Notes: a model not told the origin generated them from the sequence alone. 64,000 bases of DNA from Candidatus Oxydemutatoraceae bacterium (GCA_965211995.1 OZ243040.1:1100249-1164248), one strand, 5' to 3'. Shown: positions 49,073 to 60,430, counted from the stretch's first letter. Numbers and translations are program-made.

Positions 49073-50326
49073 TTAGAAATGTCGTTGCAGCCAGTGTTTG
49101 AGCCCGCCCCAGGCGCCGCCGCCGGAGCGGAGCCGGCGCTCCGAAGCGGCCGACGCCTCGCCCGCAAAACGCAGCAGGCCGACGCCGGTCGCGTAAATCG
49201 GGTTGTCAACAATCTCCGCGAGGCCGGTGATGCCGCTGTGCGGCCTGCCGACGCGCACCGACGCGCCGAACACGCTTTCGGCCAGTTCGACCGCGCCTTC
49301 GATCTTGGAACTGCCGCCGGTGAGCACGAACCCCGCGACGATCAGGTTGTCGAGCTTCTTGTCGGCGAGTTCCTCGCGCACCAGGTTGAACAATTCCTCG
49401 TAACGCGGCTGGATCACCTCCGCCAGCGAGCGCCGCCGCAGGCGCGTCGGCGGCCGCTCGGCGATGCTCGGCACCTCGATCGTTTCTTCCTCGCCCGCGA
49501 ACCGCTTGAGCGCACAGCCGTATTTGAGTTTGATCTCCTCGGCGTTCTTGGTCGGCGTGCGCAGCGTCACCGCGACGTCGTTGGTGACGTGGTCGCCGGC
49601 GATCGGGATTACCGCGGTATGCGTGACCGTCCCCTTGCTGAACACCGCGATATCGGTGGTGCCGCCGCCGACGTCGAGCAGGCACACCCCGAGTTCGCTC
49701 TCGTCGGGGTCGAGCACCGCGCGGCCCGAGGCGATCTGCTCAAGCACGATGTCGGCAATCCCGAGGTTGCAGCGCTTGACGCATTTGACGATGTTGTTGA
49801 TCGGGTGCACCTCGCCGGTGACCATATGCACATTCGCGTGCAGGCGGTAGCCCGACATGCCGATCGGGTCCTTGATGCCGCCTTGTCCGTCGATCGAGAA
49901 ATCCCGCGGCAGCACGTGCAGCACGCGCTGGTCGGAAGGCAGTTGCATCGCCTGCGCGGTCTCTATCGCGCGCTCGACGTCAACCTGGCTGACCTCGTTG
50001 TCCTTGATCGGCGCCATCCCCTCGCAACTGAAACTCTTGATGTGGCTGCCGGACATGCCGATATGGACGTTGCCGATGTGGACTTCGGCCGTCAGTTCGG
50101 CCTCCTCGACCGCGCCGCGGATCGAATCCACCGTCTCCTCGATGTTGATGACCACGCCTTTTTTGAGGCCGCTCGACGGGCACGTGCCAATCCCCAGCAC
50201 TTCGAGTTCGCCGTCTGCGACGGTCCTGCCGACGATCGCGACCGTCTTGCTGGTGCCGATGTCGAGCGCCACCAACGTCCGCTCCTCGGGCTTGATCCCC
50301 ATCGCTTTCATGCTGATGGCTTTCAT
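49073..50326 (-). CDS. ftsA: Cell division protein FtsA
   Basis: LVALDIGTSKTVAIVG and an actin-like fold. Start chosen just after the ftsQ stop. Alternative ATGs lie 5-8 codons downstream. Confidence 0.92.
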   Translation of the reverse strand: MKAISMKAMGIKPEERTLVALDIGTSKTVAIVGRTVADGELEVLGIGTCPSSGLKKGVVINIEETVDSIRGAVEEAELTAEVHIGNVHIGMSGSHIKSFSCEGMAPIKDNEVSQVDVERAIETAQAMQLPSDQRVLHVLPRDFSIDGQGGIKDPIGMSGYRLHANVHMVTGEVHPINNIVKCVKRCNLGIADIVLEQIASGRAVLDPDESELGVCLLDVGGGTTDIAVFSKGTVTHTAVIPIAGDHVTNDVAVTLRTPTKNAEEIKLKYGCALKRFAGEEETIEVPSIAERPPTRLRRRSLAEVIQPRYEELFNLVREELADKKLDNLIVAGFVLTGGSSKIEGAVELAESVFGASVRVGRPHSGITGLAEIVDNPIYATGVGLLRFAGEASAASERRLRSGGGAWGGLKHWLQRHF

Positions 50327-51090
50327 CGGCAATTCCCCCCGGCGCGGTCTTTCCACATCACCGCGAAGCCGTCGGGATAGCGCAGATCAACGCAGCGGAT
50401 GCGCCCGGCCTGTGCGTGCAGCCCGCCGCGCCAGGCGTCGGCGAAGCGCTTGAACCGGCTTTCCCAATGCTCGTCGCCGACCTTGACCAGAATGCCGCCG
50501 TCGAGCAGCAGGCTCCACGGGCCGTGCCGATCCTCGCCGAGCGCCCTGATCGCCGAGTCGTCCGCGAGCAACTCGCGCGCGGTGCGGTATCTTTCGAGCG
50601 CCGTCAATTCGAGCCCCGGCGACGCGTACAAGGTCGGCAGGCCGTCGGCGTTGATCCGCGCCGGCGTGAACACCACGCCCTGCTCACTGATCAGCGCGTC
50701 CAGGCCCCACCGTGCCGCCGCGTCGTGTTCCTTGATCTCGACCCGCAGGGTCTGCGGCCACACCCGCGTCACGCGCGCGTGCCGAACCCACGGCATCGTC
50801 TCGAGCAGGCGTTTGAGAACGTACAGGTCGGTGTCGAAAAAGTGCTCGCCGAGGCCGCCCTGCACCAGCCGCTCGACTTCAAAGCGGTCGATATGAATGA
50901 ATTGCCCGTGCAATTGAACGTGGCGCACCGCCGGAAACAGCAGCGGCATCCAATGCCGGTGATATACGAACACGCTCGCGACCAGCGCCGCCAGCACCGC
51001 CGCGAACAGCAGCCGCTCAAGCGTGCGGGCCAACCGCGCGAGCGCCGACCCGACCGCGACGCCCCCGATCTTGCCGGCGGCGCTACTCAC
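50323..51090 (-). CDS. ftsQ: Cell division protein FtsQ
   Basis: TM segment plus POTRA region (VRHVQLHGQFIHIDRFEV). Lies between ddl and ftsA. Confidence 0.88.
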   Translation of the reverse strand: MSSAAGKIGGVAVGSALARLARTLERLLFAAVLAALVASVFVYHRHWMPLLFPAVRHVQLHGQFIHIDRFEVERLVQGGLGEHFFDTDLYVLKRLLETMPWVRHARVTRVWPQTLRVEIKEHDAAARWGLDALISEQGVVFTPARINADGLPTLYASPGLELTALERYRTARELLADDSAIRALGEDRHGPWSLLLDGGILVKVGDEHWESRFKRFADAWRGGLHAQAGRIRCVDLRYPDGFAVMWKDRAGGNCR

Positions 51091-52036
51091 CGTGCTCTCC
51101 GCCGCTCAGCGAAGTCGCCAGGATCTCGAGCACGGTCTGCTCGAAATCCATGCCGTCGGCGCACGCCGCTTTCGGCACCAAGCTGTGGTCGGTCATGCCG
51201 GGCACCGTGTTGACCTCGAGCAGCCAGAACCGGCCGCGGCGGTCCCGCATTACATCGGTGCGTCCCCAGCCGGCGACGCCCAGAACGTCGGCCGCGATGT
51301 AAGACAACGCCTGCAGCCGCGCGGTCTCGCCGGGCGACAAACCGCCGGCGCACAGATAACGAGTGCCGTTGTCTTCGTATTTGGCCTGGTAGTCGTAAAA
51401 CTCATGGTCGTCGTACTCGAGTCTCACCGGCGGCAGCACGCGGTCGCGCAAAAAACCCACCGCGTACTCCTCGCCGTCTATCCAGCGCTCGGCGATCACC
51501 GGCCCCTCGTAGCGCGACGCCTCGGCCCAAGCCCGCGGCAGCCGCTCGGCGCAATCAACGCGGCTGACGCCGAGGCTCGAGCCTTCGAGCGCGGGCTTGA
51601 CCGCCAGCGGCAACCCCAGCGTCTCGACCACCGCGGCGGACTCAAACCCCACCGCAAGTTCGACGAAATCCGGCGTCGGCATCTTCATCTGCTTCCAGAC
51701 GTGCTTGCTCATCAGTTTGTTCATCGCCAGCGCCGAGCCGAGCACGCCGCTGCCGGTATAGGGGACGTTCATGGCTTCGAGCGCCCCCTGCACGACGCCG
51801 TCCTCGCCGCCCCTGCCGTGCAGCGCGATGAACGCGCGGTCGCAACGGTCGCGGCCGAGGCCGGCGAGATCGGCGCCGGCGGCGAGGTCCACCGCGAACG
51901 CATCAACGCCGGCGCGCTCGAGCGCCGCCAGCACGGCGCGGCCGCCCCGCAGCGAGATCTCACGCTCCTGCGACCATCCCCCCATCAGCACCGCGACCCG
52001 CCCGAAGGCCGCCGCGTCCGCTTTGATATCCGGCAT
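51083..52036 (-). CDS. ddl: D-alanine--D-alanine ligase
   Basis: From the ATG at 52036 the product begins MPDIKADAAAFGRVAVLMGGWSQEREISL...LHGRGGEDG. Overlaps the murB stop. Confidence 0.93.
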   Translation of the reverse strand: MPDIKADAAAFGRVAVLMGGWSQEREISLRGGRAVLAALERAGVDAFAVDLAAGADLAGLGRDRCDRAFIALHGRGGEDGVVQGALEAMNVPYTGSGVLGSALAMNKLMSKHVWKQMKMPTPDFVELAVGFESAAVVETLGLPLAVKPALEGSSLGVSRVDCAERLPRAWAEASRYEGPVIAERWIDGEEYAVGFLRDRVLPPVRLEYDDHEFYDYQAKYEDNGTRYLCAGGLSPGETARLQALSYIAADVLGVAGWGRTDVMRDRRGRFWLLEVNTVPGMTDHSLVPKAACADGMDFEQTVLEILATSLSGGEHGE

Positions 52037-52938
52037 CAGGTTTCCTCCCCGATGATCTTGACTTCGGTCTGCAATTCCACGCCGGTCTCGCGCGCGACGG
52101 TGGACTGCACGCGGCGGATCAGCGCCTCGATCTCGGCGGCGCGGGCCCGGCCCCGATTGACAATGAAGTTGGCGTGCCGGGTCGAGACCTGCGCGTCGCC
52201 GACCGCGCTCCCCTTGAGACCACATTCCTCTATGAGCCGCGCCGCGGGCGCACGCTCCGGATTCCTGAACACCGAACCGCAACTGGGCTGCCCCAGCGGC
52301 TGCGTCCGCTTGCGCCGCTTCAGAAATTCCCTGAGGCGCGCCTGCAACTCGCCGGGGTCGGCGCCGGCCGACAATTCAAAGTGTCCGGCGACGAACCATT
52401 CCTCGCCGGGCGTCTTCACCGTGCGGTAACCGATTTCAAAGTCACCGGCCTGGCGGCGGCGCACGCTGCCGGCGCGGTCCACCGTCTCGGCCGCGACCAC
52501 GCGCTCCCAAATCTCGCCGCCGCAAGCGCCGGCGTTCATCGCGAGCGCGCCGCCGACGGTGCCCGGCACGCCGACGATGAATTCCAGTCCCGCGAGGCCG
52601 TGCCCGGCGCAATAACGCGCGAGCCGCGCGCAGGTCGCGCCGGCCTGCGCGTAAACCATCGCGCCCGTGTGCGCGATCTTCTCGAAACCGGCGCGCAACG
52701 ACACCACGACGCCGCGCACACCGCCGTCGCGCACCAGCAGGTTGCTGCCGAGGCCGATGCAGGTCACCGCCCTGGCGCCGACGCAGCGGCTCAGGAAGAA
52801 CGCAAAGTCCTCGATCCCGCTCGGCACGTAAAAGCAATCCGAGCGCCCGCCGACGCGCCACGAGTTCCACCCGCTCAGCGGGTGGTCGAAACGCAGGCTG
52901 CCGGATAAAGCGCCGGTGTCGCAATCAAGCCGCATCAT
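52036..52938 (-). CDS. murB: UDP-N-acetylenolpyruvoylglucosamine reductase
   Basis: NSWRVGGRSDCFYVP, LGSNLLVRDGG, SCGSVFRNP. Confidence 0.93.
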   Translation of the reverse strand: MMRLDCDTGALSGSLRFDHPLSGWNSWRVGGRSDCFYVPSGIEDFAFFLSRCVGARAVTCIGLGSNLLVRDGGVRGVVVSLRAGFEKIAHTGAMVYAQAGATCARLARYCAGHGLAGLEFIVGVPGTVGGALAMNAGACGGEIWERVVAAETVDRAGSVRRRQAGDFEIGYRTVKTPGEEWFVAGHFELSAGADPGELQARLREFLKRRKRTQPLGQPSCGSVFRNPERAPAARLIEECGLKGSAVGDAQVSTRHANFIVNRGRARAAEIEALIRRVQSTVARETGVELQTEVKIIGEET

Positions 52939-54388
52939 CGCGGTGCACCCCCTGGTCCAATTGTTGATCCGTCTCCCGCAGCAGCAGCCGCGGTGCCAGC
53001 GAGCCGACCGAGCCCGCCCCCATCGTCAGCACCACGTCGCCGGCGGCGACGACCCGCGCGAGCGCCGCCGCCGCGGCTTCCAGCGTGCCCGCGTAGGTCG
53101 GCTCGACCGCGCCGCGCCCGGCGGCCGCGCCGGCGACCGCGTCGCGCAGCCGGCGCGCGTCAACCCCGGCGACCGGCGCTTCCCCGGCCGGATACACGTC
53201 GAGCAGCACCAGGCAGTCCGCCGCGGCGAGCACCGACACGAAATCATCGAACAACTGCCGCGTGCGGGAGTAGCGGTGCGGCTGGAAAGCGACCACCAGG
53301 CGCCGCCCCGGCCACGCTGCGCGCGCGGCTTCAAGCGTCGCGGCGATTTCGGTCGGGTGATGCGCGTAGTCGTCAACCACCAGCGCCGAACCCGCGCCGG
53401 CGCGAACCTCGCCGTGGATCTGAAACCGCCGGCCGATGCCGCCGAACTGCGCCAGCGCGGCGCGCGCCGCGTCCACGTCGGCGCCGAGTTCATGGCACAC
53501 ACCCAACGCCGCAAGCGCGTTCAACACGTTGTGCCGGCCCGGCAGGTTGAGTCTGAACTCCGCCGCGCTCTCGCGCCACGGCGCCGAAACCTTAAAGACG
53601 CTGGAGGTGCCTTCAAAACGCACGTCGAACGCGCGCACGTCGCTGTCTGCGCCGAAGCCGTAGGTCACGAAATTGCGCGGCACGACCAGCGCAAACTCGC
53701 GCAGCACCGGATCGTCGCGGCAGACCACCGCGGTGCCGTAAAACGGCAGGCCCGCAAGAAACTCCTGGAACGCGCGCTTGAGCCGCTCGAGGTCTCCGGC
53801 GTAGGCCGACAGATGGTCGTTGTCCACGTTGGTCACCACCGCCATCATCGGGTTAAGGTGCAAAAACGACGCATCGCTCTCGTCGGCCTCGACCACGAGA
53901 TAGCGGCTTTGCCCGAGACCCGCGCCGCCGCCGAGCCGCTCGACCTTGCCGCCGACGACGTAGGTCGGGTCGAAGCCCGCTTCCGACAGCAGCGCCGCGA
54001 CCAGACTGGTGGTCGTGGTTTTGCCGTGGGAGCCGGCAATCGCGATGCCGAAGCGGAACCGCATCAATTCGGCGAGCATTTCGGCGCGCTTGAGCACCGG
54101 CATGCGCCAGCGCCGGGCTTCACAAACTTCCGGGTTGTCTTCGGGGATCGCCGACGACACCACGACCACGCTGCAGTCGTGCACGTTACTCGCGCTGTGG
54201 CCGATGAAAACCGTGACGCCCAATTCGCGCAAACGCCGCACCGCGGCGTTGTCGGCGAGGTCCGAGCCCTGCACCTCGTAGCCGAGATTCGCCAGCACTT
54301 CGGCGATCCCGCTCATGCCGGCGCCGCCGATGCCGACGAAGTGAATAACGCCCACCCGCCGGGGCATATCCATGCGCTCGATCATCAT
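52925..54388 (-). CDS. murC: UDP-N-acetylmuramate--L-alanine ligase
   Basis: IHFVGIGGAGMSGIAEVL, GSHGKTTTTS. The start MMIERMDMPRR at 54388 overlaps the murG stop (ATGA). Confidence 0.93.
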   Translation of the reverse strand: MMIERMDMPRRVGVIHFVGIGGAGMSGIAEVLANLGYEVQGSDLADNAAVRRLRELGVTVFIGHSASNVHDCSVVVVSSAIPEDNPEVCEARRWRMPVLKRAEMLAELMRFRFGIAIAGSHGKTTTTSLVAALLSEAGFDPTYVVGGKVERLGGGAGLGQSRYLVVEADESDASFLHLNPMMAVVTNVDNDHLSAYAGDLERLKRAFQEFLAGLPFYGTAVVCRDDPVLREFALVVPRNFVTYGFGADSDVRAFDVRFEGTSSVFKVSAPWRESAAEFRLNLPGRHNVLNALAALGVCHELGADVDAARAALAQFGGIGRRFQIHGEVRAGAGSALVVDDYAHHPTEIAATLEAARAAWPGRRLVVAFQPHRYSRTRQLFDDFVSVLAAADCLVLLDVYPAGEAPVAGVDARRLRDAVAGAAAGRGAVEPTYAGTLEAAAAALARVVAAGDVVLTMGAGSVGSLAPRLLLRETDQQLDQGVHRDDAA

Positions 54389-55473
54389 CCCTCCATCGCC
54401 TGCACGCACCACTCGGCGACCGCTTCGCCCGCGTGCGGCTGCGCCGACTTTCTCGCGTTGACCGCAAGCCGCAGCAATTCCTCGCGCGAGTCGGCAAACC
54501 GCTCGAGCACGGCGGCGAACGCCTGCGGCGTGAACTCGGATTCCAAGATCAACACCGCCGCGCCGCGCGCGACCAGAAAGCGCGCGTTCGCGGTCTGATG
54601 GTCATCCACCGAATACGGGTACGGCACGAACACCGCGGCGGCGCCCGCGGCGGCGACTTCGGCCACCGACAACGCGCCCGCCCGGCACAAAACCAGATCC
54701 GCCCACGCGTACATCCGCGCGATGTCGTCGGTGAACTCGAACAATTCGATTTCGACGCCGGCGCGCGCGGCGGCGGCGCGCGCGGCTTCGATCTTGCCGC
54801 GCCCGGTCTGCTGCCTGACGCACGGTCGGCGCGCGGCGGCGAACCGTGCGAGCGCCGCGGGCACGACCCGGTTGAACACCGCGGCGCCGCGGCTGCCGCC
54901 GATGACGAGCAGCCTGAACGCGCCGACGCGGCCATCGAGGCGCTCCTCGGGCGCCGGCAAAGCGGCGAAGCCGGCGCGCACGGGGTTGCCGACGTACTCC
55001 GCGTTGCGCCGAGCGAGCGCACCCGGAAATCCGAGCAGAACGCGCCGGCTGAACGGCGCGAGCAATTTGTTCGTCCACCCCGCGATCGCGTTCTGCTCAT
55101 GGATCAGCAGCGGGATACCGAGCGCCGCGGCCATAAGTCCGCCGGGCCCCGCCGCGAAACCGCCGAAGCCGAGCACGACGCGCGGTTTGCGCCGCAGCAG
55201 GATCCTGAGCGCTTGCAGCAGCGCGAAGCTCAGCCGCCACGGCGCGAGCAGCCACGGCAGCAAGCCGCGGCGCCTGAGACCCTCGACGCCAATCCGCTCA
55301 AACGCGAAGCCCGCGCGCGGCACCCACTCGGCTTCCATGCCGCCGCCGCCGAGCCAGACGACGCCGATCGCGCGCGCACGCAGACATTGCGCCACCGCGA
55401 GTCCCGGAAACACGTGTCCGCCGGTGCCGCCGCCCGCGATCATCACCGTCGGTGTACGCTCATCAGCCGGCAT
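54385..55473 (-). CDS. murG: Undecaprenyl-PP-MurNAc-pentapeptide GlcNAc transferase
   Basis: MIAGGGTGGHVFPGLAVA. Position within the dcw cluster. Confidence 0.94.
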   Translation of the reverse strand: MPADERTPTVMIAGGGTGGHVFPGLAVAQCLRARAIGVVWLGGGGMEAEWVPRAGFAFERIGVEGLRRRGLLPWLLAPWRLSFALLQALRILLRRKPRVVLGFGGFAAGPGGLMAAALGIPLLIHEQNAIAGWTNKLLAPFSRRVLLGFPGALARRNAEYVGNPVRAGFAALPAPEERLDGRVGAFRLLVIGGSRGAAVFNRVVPAALARFAAARRPCVRQQTGRGKIEAARAAAARAGVEIELFEFTDDIARMYAWADLVLCRAGALSVAEVAAAGAAAVFVPYPYSVDDHQTANARFLVARGAAVLILESEFTPQAFAAVLERFADSREELLRLAVNARKSAQPHAGEAVAEWCVQAMEG

Positions 55474-56644
55474 CGCCGTGCCTCAGTCGATAGCGGCGCA
55501 TCAGCACCGGGTCCTCACAGCACGCCTCGTAATGGATGCGCTGCACGATCGCGAGCCCGACGAACACCATCATCAGGCTGCTGCCGCCGACGCTGACCGC
55601 CGGCAGCGTAATGCCCTTGGTCGGCAGCAACCCCATGGTCACCGCGACGTTCACGAACGCCTGCGCGCCGATCCACAGACCCATGCCGTAGCAAAAGAAC
55701 GCGCCCGCGCAAAGCCCGCGGCGTTCGGCGCGCGCGGCAACGTCAAAGCAGCGCCACAGAATGCCGAAATACACCGCGACGATTGCGATAACGCCGACGA
55801 ATCCGAGTTCCTCGGCGATCACCGCGAAAATGAAATCGGTGTGCGCCTCGGGCAGATAGAACAATTTTTGGATGCCGCCGCCGAGTCCCTGACCGAGCCA
55901 GCCGCCGCTGCCGACCGCGATCAACGACTGCGTCAATTGATAACCGCCTTCAAACTGCGCGCTCCACGGGTCGAGAAAGGTCTTGATCCGCTCCCAGCGG
56001 TACGGCGCCGCGACTGCCGCGACCGCCATGACGCCGCCGCCGGCGATCAGCAGCAGCAGCGACTGCCAGATCTTAGCGCCCGCGAGGAACAGCAACGCGA
56101 GCGCGACGCCGACGAGGAGCACCGCGGCGCCGTAGTCGGGTTCGAGGAACACCAGCAGCGCGAGCAGCAACACGACGCCGAGCGGTTTGAAGAAGCCTTT
56201 GAAGGTGGCGCGCACTTCTTCACGACGGCGCGCGACGTAGTCGGCCAGAAAGATGATCACCGCGAGTTTGGCCGTCTCCGAAGGCTGCACCGTAAACACT
56301 TGCAAGTCGAGCCAGCGGCGGCTGCCGTTGACTTCCCTGCCGACGTCGGGGATCAGCACCACGACCAGCAGCAAGACGCTCGCGCCGAGCACGTAGAAAC
56401 TATTGCGGAACCAGAAATCGGGCGGGCGCGCATAAGCCGCGACCGCCGCGATCGCCGCAAACAGCATGAACAGCGACTGACGCTTGAGGAAATACAGCGC
56501 GTCGCCGTAGCGGCGGTCGGCAAATTCCATCGAGGCCGACGCGATCATGATCAGGCCGAACGCGCAGAGTGCCGCAAACAGCCACGCCATCGGCGCGTCC
56601 ACCCAGATGTTGGGCGCGTCCGCGCGCAGCGCCTGCGCGTTCAC
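55463..56644 (-). CDS. ftsW: Peptidoglycan glycosyltransferase FtsW (SEDS family)
   Basis: The GTG at 56644 overlaps the murD stop (GTGA). Polytopic, with ...LPEAHTDFIFAVI... and GLLPTKG motifs. The track ORF extends into murD. Confidence 0.9.
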   Translation of the reverse strand: MNAQALRADAPNIWVDAPMAWLFAALCAFGLIMIASASMEFADRRYGDALYFLKRQSLFMLFAAIAAVAAYARPPDFWFRNSFYVLGASVLLLVVVLIPDVGREVNGSRRWLDLQVFTVQPSETAKLAVIIFLADYVARRREEVRATFKGFFKPLGVVLLLALLVFLEPDYGAAVLLVGVALALLFLAGAKIWQSLLLLIAGGGVMAVAAVAAPYRWERIKTFLDPWSAQFEGGYQLTQSLIAVGSGGWLGQGLGGGIQKLFYLPEAHTDFIFAVIAEELGFVGVIAIVAVYFGILWRCFDVAARAERRGLCAGAFFCYGMGLWIGAQAFVNVAVTMGLLPTKGITLPAVSVGGSSLMMVFVGLAIVQRIHYEACCEDPVLMRRYRLRHGDAG

Positions 56645-57990
56645 GCCGCCAACTCCCCGAAAGCACGCATAAAACGCTCGCCCCTTTCGGCGTAGCCGGA
56701 GAACGCATCGAGACTCGAACACGCGGGCGACAGCAACACGCAGTCGCCCGCATGCGCCGCGGCGCGCGCACGCGCCACCGCGTCGTCGAGGTCGCGCGCA
56801 AACTGCACTCGCGCCGTCTTCAAAATAACGTCGGCCAAAGCCGGTGCGTCGCGCCCGAACAAGATCGCGGTATGCACGCGCGCCGCGGCCGCGTACAGCG
56901 GCGAGAAATCCGCCCCCTTGCCGTCGCCGCCGGCGATCCACACGCACGGACGTTCGACGTTGGTCAGCGCCGCCGCCGCCGCCGCGACGTTGGTCGCTTT
57001 TGAATCGTTGATCCAGGCGACGCCGTCGAGCGTGCCGATCGTTTGCAGGCGATGGGGCAACCCTTTGAAACCGCGCAAGGCCGCGAGCATCGCCGCGCGC
57101 GGCAGGCCGACGGCGCGGCCCAGCGCGAGCGCCGCCTGCGCGTTCAGTACGCCGCTGTCGCCGGGCAGGCACCCGAGATCGCGGCACGCGAGCCACGCCT
57201 GCGCGCCGTACGCGATCGCCGGGCCGTCGCCGCTCTGCACGAGGCCGAACCGCCCGCCGGCCGCGGCGTCGAGGCCGAAACTGACGACGTTTGCGCCGGG
57301 CGCGAGATCGAGAGGGTGCGCGTCTTCGCGGTTCAGCACCACGGCGCGGCTGCCGCGGTGCACCCCTTGCTTCGCTTTGACGTAGTCGGCGAGCGCAGCG
57401 TAGCGGTCGAAGTGGTCCTCGCTGATGTTCAGAACCACCGACGCCGCCGGCGCGAGCGAAGAGGTGGTTTCGAGTTGAAAACTCGACAACTCGAGCACGT
57501 ACAGATCGGCGCGGGCGCCGCTTGCGATCAGATCGAGCGCCGGCGGGCCGAGATTGCCGCCCGCCGCCACTTTCAAACCCGCGCGCACGGCCATGTCGGC
57601 GACCAGCGTCGTCACCGTGCTCTTGCCGTTCGAGCCGGTGACCGCGATCACCGGCCTGCGTTCGGCGCCGGCGGCAATCTCGCGCGCAAACAACTCGACG
57701 TCGCCGACCACCGGGATCCCCGCCGCGAGCGCGCTTTGCACCGCCGGGGTCTTCAGCGGCACCCCGGGGCTCAGCACGACGTCGCCGGCGGCGAGAAAGA
57801 AATCCTCGTCGAAGTCGCCGAGACGGACTTCGGCCCGCGGGTGGCGCCGCTTGAACTCGTCGTAGGCCGGCGGGCGGCGCCTGCTGTCGGCGGCCGCGAA
57901 CGGGATTGAGCGCCGCTGCAAAAACCGCGCGACCGAAGCGCCGGTTTCCCCGAGCCCGACGATCAGCGTTCTTGGCGCGTCAGCGTGCAT
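56641..57990 (-). CDS. murD: UDP-N-acetylmuramoylalanine--D-glutamate ligase
   Basis: LIVGLGETGASVARFL, VTGSNGKSTV. Start chosen at the ATG at 57990, just after the mraY stop. Confidence 0.92.
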   Translation of the reverse strand: MHADAPRTLIVGLGETGASVARFLQRRSIPFAAADSRRRPPAYDEFKRRHPRAEVRLGDFDEDFFLAAGDVVLSPGVPLKTPAVQSALAAGIPVVGDVELFAREIAAGAERRPVIAVTGSNGKSTVTTLVADMAVRAGLKVAAGGNLGPPALDLIASGARADLYVLELSSFQLETTSSLAPAASVVLNISEDHFDRYAALADYVKAKQGVHRGSRAVVLNREDAHPLDLAPGANVVSFGLDAAAGGRFGLVQSGDGPAIAYGAQAWLACRDLGCLPGDSGVLNAQAALALGRAVGLPRAAMLAALRGFKGLPHRLQTIGTLDGVAWINDSKATNVAAAAAALTNVERPCVWIAGGDGKGADFSPLYAAAARVHTAILFGRDAPALADVILKTARVQFARDLDDAVARARAAAHAGDCVLLSPACSSLDAFSGYAERGERFMRAFGELAA

Positions 57991-57995
57991 CGCCG

Positions 57996-59078
57996 CTACC
58001 TGATCTTCAAAGTGGCGAGGCCGACCAGCACCAGGATCACCGTAATAATCCAAAAGCGCACGATGACTTTCGGCTCGGCCCAGCCGTGCAATTCAAAATG
58101 ATGATGGATCGGCGCCATCCGGAACACCCGGTTGCCGGTCATCTTGTACGACGCGACCTGAATGACCACCGACAGCGTCTCGATCACGAAGATCCCACCC
58201 ATCACCGCGAACACGAGTTCCTGACGCACCAGCACCGCGGTGACGCCGAGCGCGGCGCCGAGCGCGAGCGAGCCGATATCGCCCATGAACACCTGCGCCG
58301 GATAGGTGTTGAACCACAAGAACCCGAGTCCCGCACCGACGATCGCGCCGCAGAAAACCACGAGTTCGCCGGCCATCGGCAGATGCGGGATCGCGAGGTA
58401 GTCCGAAAAAGCCGCGTGCCCGCTGGCGTAGGCGAAGATGCTCAGCGCCGCCGCGATCAGCACGGTCGGCATGATCGCGAGGCCGTCGAGGCCGTCGGTC
58501 AGGTTGACCGCGTTGCTCGAGCCGACCACCGTGAAGTAGGCAAGCAGCATGAACCACGGCCCCATGTCGATCAGCAGGTCCTTGATGAACGGCACGACCA
58601 ATTGCGTCTCCACCGGCGACTCCGCGGTGCGGTAAAGCGCGATCACGACAAGCGCGCCGGCCACGGATTGCAGCAGGAACTTATGCCGGATCGCCAAGCC
58701 CCGGCTGCTGCCGCGGCGCAGTTTGAGCACGTCGTCAACGCCGCCGATGACGCCGAACAACAACAACACGGACAACGCGACGAACACGTAGCGGTTGCAA
58801 ACGTCGGCCCACAGCACGGTGCTCAGCCCCACCGCGGTCAAGATCAGCATCCCGCCCATCGTCGGCGTGCCGTGCTTGACCAGGTGCGACTTCGGGCCTG
58901 CGCCGCGGACGTGCTGCCCGATCCGCAGCCGCGTGAGTTTGGAGATGATGAACGGTCCCGCGATAAAACTGACGAGCAGCGCGGTCAGCACGCCGAGCAC
59001 GCCGCGCAGCGTGATGTACTGAAACACGTTGAACCCGCCGTGAAACCGGGTCAGGTATTCGGCGAGGTACATCAACAT
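57996..59078 (-). CDS. mraY: Phospho-N-acetylmuramoyl-pentapeptide transferase
   Basis: From the ATG at 59078 the product begins [26 protein letters not shown], collinear with the E. coli MraY N-terminus. Confidence 0.94.
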   Translation of the reverse strand: MLMYLAEYLTRFHGGFNVFQYITLRGVLGVLTALLVSFIAGPFIISKLTRLRIGQHVRGAGPKSHLVKHGTPTMGGMLILTAVGLSTVLWADVCNRYVFVALSVLLLFGVIGGVDDVLKLRRGSSRGLAIRHKFLLQSVAGALVVIALYRTAESPVETQLVVPFIKDLLIDMGPWFMLLAYFTVVGSSNAVNLTDGLDGLAIMPTVLIAAALSIFAYASGHAAFSDYLAIPHLPMAGELVVFCGAIVGAGLGFLWFNTYPAQVFMGDIGSLALGAALGVTAVLVRQELVFAVMGGIFVIETLSVVIQVASYKMTGNRVFRMAPIHHHFELHGWAEPKVIVRFWIITVILVLVGLATLKIR

Positions 59079-60430
59079 CCGCCGGCCTCCCCGGGCGGCG
59101 CCGCGAGCGCCCGCACCACCCTTTCCATGCGCGCCGCGCGCGAGCCTTTGACCAGCAACGTGACGCCGGCGGTTTCGCGCAATGCCGGCACGAGGCACTC
59201 GCACAGCGCCGCGCACGTGTCAAAACACTCGGCGCCGTCGCCGAAACCGTCCGCGGCGGCGCGCGCCAGGGCGCCGAGCGTGAACAGGCGCGTGACGCCG
59301 CCGTGCGCGGCGGCAGTGCCCGCCTCGGTGTGCCGGCGCACGGCGCCGTCGCCGAGTTCGGCCATGTCGCCCAACACCAGCCAGCGCTCGCCGCCGCACC
59401 GCCCGAGGACCTCGAGCGCGGCGGCGAGCGAGCCGGGATTGGCGTTGTAACTGTCGTCTATGAGTTGCGCGCCGCCGATGCCCGCGACCGCGCACAGGCG
59501 TCCGGGCACCGCCCGCACCGCCTCAAGACCCGCGACAACGTCGTCAAAACTCACACCGAGGCTGTGCGCGACCGCGGCGGCGGCCAGCGCGTTGCACAGA
59601 TTGTGCCTGCCGAGCAGCGCCGGCCGCAGACGCCGCGTCTCGCCCGCGATCGTAATCTCGGCAGCGTCGCGCAAAACCCGCCCGCCGACGTCAACGTCGG
59701 TGCGGTCGAGCCCGAAGCTGAGCGTGCGGCGACGCTCAAGCAGGCCGCGCCAGTATTCACAATAAGCGTCGTCGGCGTTAACGATGCCGACGCCGTCGGC
59801 GGCGAGACATTCGAACAACTCGCCTTTGGCGCGCGCGACGCCGCCGACGCTGCCGAAGCCTGCGAGATGCGCGGGCCCGGCGTTGAGCACCACGGCCACC
59901 GCCGGCCGCACCAATTCGCCGAGGCGCAGAATTTCACCCGGACGGTTGGCGCCGAGTTCGACCACCGCGGCCGCGTGCTCCTTGCGCAAGGCGAGCAAAG
60001 TCAAAGGCACACCGAGGTGATTATTGAGGTTGCCGCGCGTCGCGAGCACGTTCAGCCGCCGCTCAAGCACCGACACCAGCATCGCCCGGGTCGTGGTCTT
60101 GCCGTTGCTGCCGGTCAGCGCGACCATCGTCGGGCGGCAGCGCCGGCGCCACGCGGCGGCGAAATCGGAAAGCCCGGCGAAGGTGTTCTCGACCAGGATC
60201 TGCGGCAGCGGCACATTCACTTCGCGCTCGACCATCGCGCCCGCGGCGCCGTGCGCAGCGCTCGCCGCGACGAAATCGTGACCGTCGCGGCCCTCGCCGC
60301 GCAGCGCGACGAACAAGGCCCGCTTGCCCAACGTGCGGCTGTCGAGGCCGACGCCGTGCACCGCGCAGTCCTCGCCGCACAGCGCGCCGCCGGACATCGC
60401 ACTGATCTCGCTGAGCGTCAGCCAACTCAC
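59072..60430 (-). CDS. murF: UDP-MurNAc-tripeptide--D-alanyl-D-alanine ligase
   Basis: The GTG at 60430 overlaps the murE stop (GTGA). Product (M)[20 protein letters not shown]...[24 protein letters not shown]. Confidence 0.9.
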   Translation of the reverse strand: MSWLTLSEISAMSGGALCGEDCAVHGVGLDSRTLGKRALFVALRGEGRDGHDFVAASAAHGAAGAMVEREVNVPLPQILVENTFAGLSDFAAAWRRRCRPTMVALTGSNGKTTTRAMLVSVLERRLNVLATRGNLNNHLGVPLTLLALRKEHAAAVVELGANRPGEILRLGELVRPAVAVVLNAGPAHLAGFGSVGGVARAKGELFECLAADGVGIVNADDAYCEYWRGLLERRRTLSFGLDRTDVDVGGRVLRDAAEITIAGETRRLRPALLGRHNLCNALAAAAVAHSLGVSFDDVVAGLEAVRAVPGRLCAVAGIGGAQLIDDSYNANPGSLAAALEVLGRCGGERWLVLGDMAELGDGAVRRHTEAGTAAAHGGVTRLFTLGALARAAADGFGDGAECFDTCAALCECLVPALRETAGVTLLVKGSRAARMERVVRALAAPPGEAGGC